The notes beneath the pieces were generated by a model, which saw nothing but the letters and a program-made list of their open reading frames with translations, was not told the DNA's origin and did no database searches. A stretch of 64,000 nucleotides of DNA from Pseudanabaena sp. OTE_70b_metabat_355 (lineage in GTDB: Bacteria; Cyanobacteriota; Cyanobacteriia; Pseudanabaenales; Pseudanabaenaceae): positions 120 to 64,119 of the forward strand of contig JANMFC010000526.1 in assembly GCA_031377675.1 (NCBI GenBank), in the 5' to 3' direction. This document shows, in pieces, positions 55,544 through 64,000 of the stretch. Positions within the stretch are counted from its first letter, which is position 1, and every line of letters starts with the position of its first letter. The position numbers and the translations under genes are program-made.

Positions 55544-55648
55544 CTATAGCAATCCGAAATCATTCGTGGCTTCGACTTCGCTCAGCCATCAGTCCACGCT
55601 GGCTGAGCGAAGTCGAAGCCTGTTTCAACTCATTTCGCATTGCTATAG
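55544..55648. repeat. Nested small repeat elements: outer 17-bp IR enclosing a perfect 21-bp IR
   Basis: CTATAGCAATCCGAAAT (55544-55560) / ATTTCGCATTGCTATAG (55632-55648); inner GGCTTCGACTTCGCTCAGCCA (55568-55588) / TGGCTGAGCGAAGTCGAAGCC (55600-55620). Confidence 0.82.
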
Positions 55649-55650
55649 TA

Positions 55651-58600
55651 CTAGTAACTGATCGCGGGATTGTCTCCTGAACCACCATACTTAAATTTAC
55701 CGTTGATTTTAGAGTTACAAGCAGAACGTAGATCTTTACCTCGTAAAGCTCTATTTGTGTAGTTGCTAGGAATAGTGCCTGTTCTATCTGCTACTGCATC
55801 ATTTGGTTCTAAAGCACATAGCAAAGCCTCTACCCAAGGATCATCAGCACTCACTTCTCTAAAGAACTCATTTGATCCTGCGATCGGTGAAGCAAAACGT
55901 TCTGAAAAGCGATCGGGTTGCTGTTTCAACAGCCCTACATCATAGCCCCATAGTCGAATTGGTGGCGTGTAGTAGGGAATTCGATTAGTGGTTGCGGACA
56001 TATATTGCAGGTTATAGCCTGTCAAAACACGTCCAGTATCTGTAGTTACATTTGCCCTTGGCAGCACAGGGTTTAAGAATATGGATGTGAGATCGCTCAC
56101 GCCAGCGATCGCTGGTGCTACAGTCCAAGGTGCTGTGGCATAGCGACTTCTTGTATTTTGAATGAATCCACCCGATATCTTAATAGGTACATTTTCCCAG
56201 TTTTCTAAGAACCGCACAAAGTTAGCCAAGCCTCCACCTGTTTCACCAGTAGTAGTAACGGTACTACTAGTATCAGCCGCTTGTTTAAAAATAGAGCTGG
56301 ACTTCCTAAATGTTCTGTCACTGCGTGATGGTGAGTTGCCAGCCACGAAATAAACATTTACTTCTGTCTTGGTTGGTCGAATTGTCCATTGTCCAGTACC
56401 TGATGTCGGTAATCCATTCAGCGCACTAGTTGTTGAAGGATCAGGCTGTTGAATATTATCGCTATCGGCAGCGATCGCATTTGGTACATGAAGTTGAAGT
56501 ACGGGTATGACAGCAGGTTGGTCAACGCTTGCGATCGCGGCAAATAAAGTGCGATCGGCAATTTTCTTACTATCACCAAATAGCCCTAAGAATCGGACAC
56601 CTCTAAATGATGTAAAGTTGCCTTTAACGTTAAATACAGAAGTATTATCTTCGGTTAGAGTTGTTCCAGTTGTATTGGAATAGCCTAAAAAGTTGCCAGT
56701 GATGATATTGGGTGTTGTTGCCCCAGTTCTTATGTTTGGCTGGGTGGGTGCGCCACCAGAAAAGATAAAACTAGGTTCAGAAGCAAGCCTAGTATCCCAA
56801 CCAGCATTAAGCCCCCCAGGTAATGTGAAATTGACGCGACTACCGCCAGGAGTCAGAGATAACTGAAACGTAGCGCCACTACGTTCAACAACATAAAAAG
56901 TTGTATTGTCAGCAAACTCAGGAGGCAATTTATTCCCTGAAAGAATAATCCGCTTGCCGTTGGATAATCTTGGATCTTCATCGTTAGTTGATGGATCTTG
57001 TTTACCGCATGGATCGTTAATATTAGAGCCATTGGAAAGAAGTTTGTTAGGGTTACCTTGGTTAAAGCTGAGACACAATCTTGCGTCTGCTCTAGCAGCT
57101 ACCCAGAAAATATTATTAGGATCAACTCCATCTAATACGATTTTTAAACCGCTAAATTCTATACTTTCACTTGGTGCGCCACGCATTATAAACACAGGAC
57201 TAGTTCCTCTCCTAATACTATTGGGAGTGCAAGCAGTGCCAGTACTTGGGGTTTGAGGATCAGCGCAATTTGCCCTAAATGTCAAAGTCCCATTGAGAAC
57301 TCGCACACCGCCATCTAGCTTGCCTAGACTCGCGATATTGTAGACATGAACTTTATTGTTGCTGTATGTATTAGTCGCCCTAATCACTGGACTAATCGCT
57401 GGCGGAGTCGCAGTGCTAGTCAATATGCCAGAAGTTGAAGGAACTAAACCAACAAAAATATCAGTACCAGTATTCCCTGGATTCAATTTGGCACTTAGAA
57501 TACCTGTACCACCTGACAAGCTTGTTCCTGTAACTGTGGGCAACGTACCCACAAAGCTTCTAATCGCTCCTATTGGAGCAGTTGGACAAGGGGTAGTATT
57601 CGCAATATCAGTTTTACCAATAAACGAATTCTGAAGTGCTTGATATAGTTGTGAGCTACCTGATGGACCACATACTGTATAAGTAGATGCAGGAATAACA
57701 TTGCTAGTGTTGGCAGTGCTGGCGTTGTCAGACGGAAAATGGGGATTATGGGGTAAATTCAGATTGAGTAACGTTGTTGAAGCATCTGTAGGCGCACTAG
57801 TGCCAAAAGTATAAGACTTGCTAGAACAACGCTCATCGACAGTCCCGTCAGCGAGGCTAATACAGGGAACATCTGGCAAAATCAATCGCCCCATACTGCT
57901 CAAATTTCCCCTGCTATCTGCGATCGCAGGAAAACTGAGGTTATTGATAAATAGATTGCCGTTGTTGTTGTACTTAAGGCGATCGCTACGTCCGATCCGA
58001 TCTGAATCGCTTTCGGCAGTGCGATACCAAAGCGTTCTTGCTTGAGCCGCAGGAAGGCGATTAGTCATCTGGTCATCATTAGTATTGTCAATGGCTTTGG
58101 CAAGATTACCTGGCAACATCGGAATTTCACCTAATCGCCCAGAACTAGGCGGAATATCAGGAAAAACATCGTCTCTTTCGCCCGTATCCTTAAGCCCGTT
58201 GCCATTAACATCGTTACCCCAAACATAGCGCCCACCCTCATTACCTAAAGTTCCATCAAGACGGGAAGGGGAATCAAATCGGCGGAATTTAATGTCACTG
58301 GATGGGTTGGCAGTATGGTAAAACGGATAAGCCGCCGCAGGGGGGATGACCATCGCCATAGGCGATCGCCCTGATGTCGGCAAACTGGCAAAAACTGACC
58401 AAGGTACAGCCTCATTGTTTTTATCTATATCTACGTTAGAATCTGCGTCAGGTTGTTTTTGTCTAGATTCTATATAAGCCCTTGGTCGGTCATGATTATT
58501 GCTAGCTACATTGCCAATTACATTGCTAGTCACTGATGTTCCGCCAACTGCAATAGCTGATTCTGGACAAGGAACTACGCCGTAACTATTATTGCGCTGA

Positions 58601-61600
58601 GTATCAAAGGGAGTTCCCAAACTACCCATCGCTTGAGGATATGTAAAGCCCGTATCAAGGTTCCCATTAGTTACACCAATCGGCATCGGCGAATATGAAC
58701 CACCCGAACAAGCCCCAGCAAAAATGAGTTGTTGATTGCCATCTTTGTAAATGTCATCAAATCTCAGAAATGATAAGCGCCGAGCATAGCGGGAGTCGTC
58801 GTTAGAAATAAATCTGGGCGCATTTAGAGATGTCGAAACTGTACCATTGGCGGCAAAATCTGGCATTGTTGTTGTCCCTGCGCCAGCTTTTACCCAATCA
58901 GAAAAAGTACATTCACCAACAGGAAACTTGCGGCATAACTCCATACCATATTCACTAAAATCAAGCCTCCGTTGGATAGGCGTAACGCCGTTGGCGTTGT
59001 AGCTAACTAGATTGCCATTGGCGGGTGAGGCATTATGAGGTTCGCCAGCCCATAGATTGGTACTAGCGCCCACTCCACCATCTGAGTTAACTGGGCTTAG
59101 CCATCTCGCATTGGTGACAAAATCATTATTCAGAAATCCATTGCGTCTTCTATCCAAAACATAACTACTGTCTTTAACTTTCTCTGCGCTAGGATTCAGT
59201 TGAGACTGCCAATTGAGACTAGTTGATGTATTAGCATTGTTGCGTAAGTCGTAGTCGCCATCAGTGCGATAGCCATCTCGATAGTTTGCCGATAGCACCG
59301 TCACCGCATCTGCTAAAACTGTCGCAGGTTTCCATTCATCACCGTCTTGACAGTTAGTATTTTGCTTTGGACGACAGGCAAAATTAGGATCAAGTTTGTC
59401 ACCATTACCATTATCAGCATGGCGCTTATAAAAGTTATCCCAAATTGTTGTAGGACTGGCGACATTCTCATTGAGAAGTAGTGTAAATTCTTCCTTAGTG
59501 TGCTTGTTGAATGAGGGAGTCGCTGAAGCGTTGACAGGATCATACTGAGCTTTGACGTATACGGGTAGATTGGATACTAATGTTAGTCCTTTCTCTCCTT
59601 TGGTCGCGTCATTCCAAGGATAACTCGCGTAGACTGGATCTGAAATAGGCAGGCTTCCATTAGTATTAGTTAAATTTGCAGTTGTGAGAGTACTTCGCCA
59701 GAGCCGATAACCATTGATTAGGCGAATAGAACTTGGTTTGCGGGTAGGATCTACCAAGAAGTCGGTAGAACTGAGAGCTTTACGTTTGTTATCATCTGTT
59801 AGATTTGGGTCATTACTTGTTTTGTCAAAGTAGCTAAGATCTTGGAGAGCATCTTCACGAGTTGCATAGATCAAACCACTATATGGCAATAGATAATCGG
59901 TATTCAGTGCATTCTTATTATTGCCACCAGAGATTTTGGAACCTCTTAATCGATCCATGTCAATGTCCGTAGCACGAATTTCTAAGGGTTGGCGCTGTTC
60001 TATTTCCAAATCATAGATATCTGCACGTCCTTTCTCTGCTATCGCCAGTCCATTATCAGCAACAGCAGTACCAATGGCATTATTGCCATTAGCACTTTCA
60101 GTCAGTGATTCATTACGGTTGAATGACTTCAATTCGCGTCCATCCAAGAAAGCGCTTTCACGAAAAGTCCCATGAGGTATTTCTGGATTCCCAGTCAAGC
60201 CAGCATTATCTGCCAAAGTTACGGCGGCTGTAGTTGATGACTCGTTAGCCAATTTGATAGAACCATCAAGAATTTGCAACGCACAAAGATTAGAATCAAT
60301 CGTTGATTGTTGTGGCAGAGTTAGCTTGGCAACTTTGGGAGTGGCGGCATTATTAGTTTTAATCTTGATTAGAACTTCGCGTAGTGGCTCATTCACAAAT
60401 CGCCCATTTGGTAAGATCAGATTGGCTTGATATGCTAGGCGATCGCTGTAGTTAATAGTCTTATCGCTAGGATTGTTTGCTGCTGCATTAAAACCGCTAA
60501 ACAATCCTGTTCCGCTATCGTAACTAATAGAACCGAAGGCAAGTTTATCAGTGTCCGAGGCAGTCGTCCCCACCTGATAAACTAGACCATTATTAGAGCG
60601 TCCATTAGCATCAAAGTTCCAAGGGGCATCAATTAGAGAAGTGCCATTGGCAACCTTCCCGTTCTTAGCCGTGATCGGTGTCGATGGATCATAATAGCTA
60701 CTTACACAGGCAATTGGCTTTTGATAATTTTCTGGGTCGCCAATGGGATTGAAAGCATCATATTTGTAATGGTAAATAGCCGTAGCCCGCATTTGCAAGT
60801 CGCCTTTGCGCGTGTCGGCAGTCCCATCTAGTTTTAGTCCGCCTGTCATCGGCATTGAGTCTGACCAGACTACATAATTATTAGTAGTAGTGGCAAATTT
60901 TCTCTCGTCAAGTTTGGTGATATTGTTGCCGCTCTTGCTGCCATTCCAGAAAGGCATTCTTGATTCATCATACGCAGATGTAGAAGTATCGTCAGCAGAA
61001 CCAGTCCGAAAACGTTGCAAAAATGTATCTTCACTACGACTACTGTAAATACCAGCATTGGTAACAACTCTCAGTCCTCCCGTTTTGGGGAATATATCGT
61101 CGGTGAGAGGTTTAGTGGTATCCGCTAAATCGAATACCGCAGGATTAAGTGCTGCGGAAATTTCCCAGAATCCGCCACGCTCAGTCCCACCGAGATTGCT
61201 AAGGGGGACAGATCGGGTATTGCGATAGCGATCGCCTGCATTGGTTGGGTTATCCCAATTAAAACCACTAGATCCAGTAGCGATCACCACATAATTAGGT
61301 TCAGATTCTCCCACAAAATCTAATGGTCCTGTAGCGTCACTCTTCTTGAGCCATCTTGCAGGTAAGCCATTACCAACTAGCAGGCGATCGCCTAATAATG
61401 ATTCGTTAGATACCTTGACAGTTGCAGGCTCCGAAGCTTGTGGCTTGAGTCGATTAGAAGCTGTAGCCAGCGTGACACCTTTAGTACCATCCAAGTATCC
61501 ACCTCGACCTTGAAAATCGTCAATGGATGATACATTTAGCACTTTTCCAAAACTAGCATCTTTGTAAAGGGGAAATATCCAACTGGCTGGAGGAGCAAAT

Positions 61601-63273
61601 TCTGTGTTGGACTTAATCCGCGTTAGTAGAGGCGATGGAAAGGTATCAGTCCCGCCAAATGGAACTTCTGCAAACGTCACCCTACGAGTTCTTTCTCTAA
61701 AATAGACCTCAAATGCAGACCTTCTTGCTACATCAATTTCTGCTAGTGAAGATAGGGCTTCGTCTTGGATACGTTTGATTAAGTCCTCTTGCACAGAGGT
61801 AGGATCTTTAGTGGAAGCATTAGTATATTGGAGACTAGTCTTACTAAAACCTGACAATGTACCGTTATCGATAATAGCCTGATTCACCAAAGCCGCAATT
61901 CTATTGTTATATGCGAAGTCATTAAGTGCAACTTTTGAACTTACATCGGTAACGCTCTGATTTGTATCATCAATTTGAACTCTCCCACCCGCCACTGTAT
62001 CAGGCGGCACTCCCTCCCCTGCGCCATAGAATAAATCAACATTGACTCTCCCTGAATTGCCAACAGATAGTTTGCTAGGGTCAGTGTCAACCGTGTCACC
62101 TTCGACTACTTGTCCAGCGACAATAATTTCGCTATTCATTTTCTCGTAATAGCAAGAGCCGAAAAGTTTTGAGTCGGTAGTCGCTGTACCATTAAGCGCC
62201 CCACCAGAGCTACTAACTTGATAAAAGGAAATAGGTGCATCGGTGTTCGCGCCGATCATCAAACTTCCAGCAGTATAAATTCTCCCGTTGATCCGAAATG
62301 TGGGTACTTTGACCAGTTCTAAATCACCCTCAAAAAATACGGCATTATTATTTTGTGGCAATCTTGCTCGATCCTGTTGTAATTCCACGGCACTAATGGA
62401 AGTTACGCCCTTGTAAGGCTCGTAGTTTGTTGCCTTGGTGGGAAAACTAGCCTCATCAGTAATCGGCAAAGTTACAGCATAGACAAAGAAAGACTTGCGG
62501 ATACGATTATCGCTTGAGAAAGTCCACCCTTTATTACTAGATCCTCTATTACCAGATCCATTGACGCTATCAGAAGCATGGACACAGGAACTAGCTAGGG
62601 TAGTCTCGTCCATTGGCAAGGCTCTTGCCTCTATAGGCACGAGCGGACGATTAGTGATTTCTGGGGGGCGCGTACGGAAGAGAATACTATAGAGTCCATA
62701 GGAGTCAAACTTCCCATTGTTGTCTGTATCAATAGGAAACTTCCACGCGGTTGATACATATTCTCTTTTATCAATTGAACCAGATATATTGATCTTGGGA
62801 TCTGTGTCAGGAAAGTTATAAACCAGTTGTAGCCGAGTTTCATCAGGAAAGGTGTATTTACCAGAATCGCTAGTGATTACGCTGTCTAGTTCACTTTCAG
62901 CAGGAGTCTTTCCAGCTAAAAGTTCTTCATTAAGTAAAGCATCGATTTTCGCTCTAGCGCGATCAACTAGTGGTGTGGCGGCACTCCTAAAAACTTGTTC
63001 TTGTCTAGCATTAGCCGCACTCTGCGCTCGTTCTGAAGATCTAGCTATTGTCGTGACCACGAGCAAAGTAACCACAAGCGTAACGAGGGTCACGGTCGGT
63101 AACACAAAGCCAGCGACTCTCTTACCGCGCCCCCGCGATGAGCCTAGCATCTGCCGCGATGAGCGCCTACTAATTCGCACAGGACTACCGATTTTATTTA
63201 GCCATTTTCTCAGTCTGGTAATAAACTCAGCGAAAAAACGCTTAATTTTGCGACTTTGATTGAAATCAGTCAT
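55651..63273 (-). CDS. hpsA: HpsA-like giant PilX-type minor pilin/adhesin, 2540 aa
   Basis: VAG|FVLPTVTLVTLVV (no E+5), AATP.VDRARAK, DETRL, GGL.NFVRFLENW and YYTPP.R.WGYDVGLL motifs of cyanobacterial HpsA. Confidence 0.85.
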   Translation of the reverse strand: MTDFNQSRKIKRFFAEFITRLRKWLNKIGSPVRISRRSSRQMLGSSRGRGKRVAGFVLPTVTLVTLVVTLLVVTTIARSSERAQSAANARQEQVFRSAATPLVDRARAKIDALLNEELLAGKTPAESELDSVITSDSGKYTFPDETRLQLVYNFPDTDPKINISGSIDKREYVSTAWKFPIDTDNNGKFDSYGLYSILFRTRPPEITNRPLVPIEARALPMDETTLASSCVHASDSVNGSGNRGSSNKGWTFSSDNRIRKSFFVYAVTLPITDEASFPTKATNYEPYKGVTSISAVELQQDRARLPQNNNAVFFEGDLELVKVPTFRINGRIYTAGSLMIGANTDAPISFYQVSSSGGALNGTATTDSKLFGSCYYEKMNSEIIVAGQVVEGDTVDTDPSKLSVGNSGRVNVDLFYGAGEGVPPDTVAGGRVQIDDTNQSVTDVSSKVALNDFAYNNRIAALVNQAIIDNGTLSGFSKTSLQYTNASTKDPTSVQEDLIKRIQDEALSSLAEIDVARRSAFEVYFRERTRRVTFAEVPFGGTDTFPSPLLTRIKSNTEFAPPASWIFPLYKDASFGKVLNVSSIDDFQGRGGYLDGTKGVTLATASNRLKPQASEPATVKVSNESLLGDRLLVGNGLPARWLKKSDATGPLDFVGESEPNYVVIATGSSGFNWDNPTNAGDRYRNTRSVPLSNLGGTERGGFWEISAALNPAVFDLADTTKPLTDDIFPKTGGLRVVTNAGIYSSRSEDTFLQRFRTGSADDTSTSAYDESRMPFWNGSKSGNNITKLDERKFATTTNNYVVWSDSMPMTGGLKLDGTADTRKGDLQMRATAIYHYKYDAFNPIGDPENYQKPIACVSSYYDPSTPITAKNGKVANGTSLIDAPWNFDANGRSNNGLVYQVGTTASDTDKLAFGSISYDSGTGLFSGFNAAANNPSDKTINYSDRLAYQANLILPNGRFVNEPLREVLIKIKTNNAATPKVAKLTLPQQSTIDSNLCALQILDGSIKLANESSTTAAVTLADNAGLTGNPEIPHGTFRESAFLDGRELKSFNRNESLTESANGNNAIGTAVADNGLAIAEKGRADIYDLEIEQRQPLEIRATDIDMDRLRGSKISGGNNKNALNTDYLLPYSGLIYATREDALQDLSYFDKTSNDPNLTDDNKRKALSSTDFLVDPTRKPSSIRLINGYRLWRSTLTTANLTNTNGSLPISDPVYASYPWNDATKGEKGLTLVSNLPVYVKAQYDPVNASATPSFNKHTKEEFTLLLNENVASPTTIWDNFYKRHADNGNGDKLDPNFACRPKQNTNCQDGDEWKPATVLADAVTVLSANYRDGYRTDGDYDLRNNANTSTSLNWQSQLNPSAEKVKDSSYVLDRRRNGFLNNDFVTNARWLSPVNSDGGVGASTNLWAGEPHNASPANGNLVSYNANGVTPIQRRLDFSEYGMELCRKFPVGECTFSDWVKAGAGTTTMPDFAANGTVSTSLNAPRFISNDDSRYARRLSFLRFDDIYKDGNQQLIFAGACSGGSYSPMPIGVTNGNLDTGFTYPQAMGSLGTPFDTQRNNSYGVVPCPESAIAVGGTSVTSNVIGNVASNNHDRPRAYIESRQKQPDADSNVDIDKNNEAVPWSVFASLPTSGRSPMAMVIPPAAAYPFYHTANPSSDIKFRRFDSPSRLDGTLGNEGGRYVWGNDVNGNGLKDTGERDDVFPDIPPSSGRLGEIPMLPGNLAKAIDNTNDDQMTNRLPAAQARTLWYRTAESDSDRIGRSDRLKYNNNGNLFINNLSFPAIADSRGNLSSMGRLILPDVPCISLADGTVDERCSSKSYTFGTSAPTDASTTLLNLNLPHNPHFPSDNASTANTSNVIPASTYTVCGPSGSSQLYQALQNSFIGKTDIANTTPCPTAPIGAIRSFVGTLPTVTGTSLSGGTGILSAKLNPGNTGTDIFVGLVPSTSGILTSTATPPAISPVIRATNTYSNNKVHVYNIASLGKLDGGVRVLNGTLTFRANCADPQTPSTGTACTPNSIRRGTSPVFIMRGAPSESIEFSGLKIVLDGVDPNNIFWVAARADARLCLSFNQGNPNKLLSNGSNINDPCGKQDPSTNDEDPRLSNGKRIILSGNKLPPEFADNTTFYVVERSGATFQLSLTPGGSRVNFTLPGGLNAGWDTRLASEPSFIFSGGAPTQPNIRTGATTPNIITGNFLGYSNTTGTTLTEDNTSVFNVKGNFTSFRGVRFLGLFGDSKKIADRTLFAAIASVDQPAVIPVLQLHVPNAIAADSDNIQQPDPSTTSALNGLPTSGTGQWTIRPTKTEVNVYFVAGNSPSRSDRTFRKSSSIFKQAADTSSTVTTTGETGGGLANFVRFLENWENVPIKISGGFIQNTRSRYATAPWTVAPAIAGVSDLTSIFLNPVLPRANVTTDTGRVLTGYNLQYMSATTNRIPYYTPPIRLWGYDVGLLKQQPDRFSERFASPIAGSNEFFREVSADDPWVEALLCALEPNDAVADRTGTIPSNYTNRALRGKDLRSACNSKINGKFKYGGSGDNPAISY

Positions 63274-63397
63274 AAATTTTTACTAATCTGACTGTGCAAT
63301 ATACTACCCAAGCAAGATGCAAAAATCGCAAGTAGTTTAATGAAATTTATCTGGAATTTTATGCAGTCAAAATCGATTAGCGTTTAGCAAAAAGCCA

Positions 63398-63443
63398 GAA
63401 AAAAAAGCTTTGTTGTTGTCTAGACAGCAGCAAAGCTTTTTTC
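63398..63443. terminator. Intrinsic terminator-like hairpin with A/T tracts
   Basis: AAAAAAGCTTTG...CAAAGCTTTTTT downstream of the 73-aa gene. Confidence 0.6.
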
Positions 63444-63461
63444 AGTTATCTCATTCAATTT

Positions 63462-63683
63462 TTAGTAGCTATCGGTTTTGCTAACTGTCGTGTTGGTTAG
63501 TTGTTGATTGGCTTGGTTGAGGCGATCAGCGATCGCTTCACGCACATCACAATTAACTTTAGGATCAGCAAGAACATCCTGCGCCATTTCGCGATATTCA
63601 GCGCTAGTCGTGAGATCTACGCGATCGAGTTGATCGAGATTTTCATAGACAGTCTGAGGAGAAACCGAAACATTGTTTGTCAT
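63462..63683 (-). CDS. Small conserved-looking cyanobacterial hypothetical protein
   Basis: 73-codon ORF with YRE.AQ..LADP.V...REAIADRL.QAN pattern; sits between gltD and a terminator. Confidence 0.65.
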   Translation of the reverse strand: MTNNVSVSPQTVYENLDQLDRVDLTTSAEYREMAQDVLADPKVNCDVREAIADRLNQANQQLTNTTVSKTDSY

Positions 63684-63761
63684 AATTTATGCCTTATATA
63701 CACTTTCTATTTGAACTTAATAATTTTTAGAAGCTTGGCAAAGCCAAGCTTCTAAAAATTA

Positions 63762-64000
63762 TTATGGTAAATCGGTATCGCCCATGAGATAGCGATCGCA
63801 TTCACGAGCAGCACCACGACCTTCGTTAATTGCCCAAACGATTAGGCTTTGACCACGACGGCAATCTCCCGCAGCGAATACTTTAGGAATACTGGTGGTG
63901 AACTGACCATGATTTGCTTTGATATTGCTGCGAGGATCGCGCTCAACTCCTAGTGAATCGAGCAAAGGTTGTTCAGGACCGAGAAAGCCCATCGCCAACA
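63762..64000 (-). CDS. gltD: NADH-glutamate synthase small subunit, 3' end (gene continues beyond the window)
   Basis: [30 protein letters not shown] motif. Confidence 0.92.
   Translation of the reverse strand, partial: LAMGFLGPEQPLLDSLGVERDPRSNIKANHGQFTTSIPKVFAAGDCRRGQSLIVWAINEGRGAARECDRYLMGDTDLP

Noticed and set aside
138-63998. Many short ORF-track entries antisense to or overlapping long genes (e.g. 4419-4694, 7566-7823, 11228-11728, 25744-26211, 62852-63259)
   Set aside because: They are shadow frames of well-supported CDSs with no recognisable motifs.
1-64000. CRISPR array, tRNA, rRNA, riboswitch or transposase
   Set aside because: No repeat-spacer periodicity, cloverleaf or recognisable riboswitch core was found; the tandem repeats present are contiguous and lack spacers.
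1-64000. Frequent GCGATCGC octamers as a special repeat
   Set aside because: This is the known cyanobacterial HIP1; it was used only as a taxonomic and acquisition marker.

Overview
Cyanobacterial chromosome window. The HIP1 octamer GCGATCGC is abundant, and the gene content suggests a Pseudanabaena-like organism (inference). 1-19.4 kb is mostly housekeeping: hslO, mtnP, panC-cmk running in frame into an LptA-like ORF, an mnmD-like gene, a cobT-like gene, rnj-dapA-asd, cdsA, ycf20, ycf55-like and menB. 19.8-45.1 kb is a co-oriented 8-gene cell-surface locus of DUF11/Ig-like proteins, a very large predicted outer-membrane beta-barrel with OmpA-like domains, and a beta-helix/OmpA protein. The standout pattern is a split DUF11 domain. 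Four secreted proteins begin with the last two strands of a DUF11 domain, including the Asn. Five proteins end with a DUF11 domain that lacks exactly those strands but keeps the Lys and (in four of five) the acidic residue. This suggests a pilus-like filament built by donor-strand complementation with intermolecular Lys-Asn isopeptide bonds, with candidate tip, shaft, linker, base, chaperone (Asp->Gln) and OM translocon genes. This is inference and I cannot check whether it has been described. 46.2-49.5 kb is a DUF4178 / atypical aminopropyltransferase / FemABX operon. 49.7-51.4 kb is an AT-rich ABC-type ATPase plus PIN-like pair, a candidate defence module. 52.7-63.3 kb is the hpsA-type giant PilX-like gene with three minor pilins, and the window ends in the 3' end of gltD. 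Intergenic DNA carries nested REP/MITE elements and long perfect hairpins. No rRNA, tRNA, CRISPR array or transposase was found.
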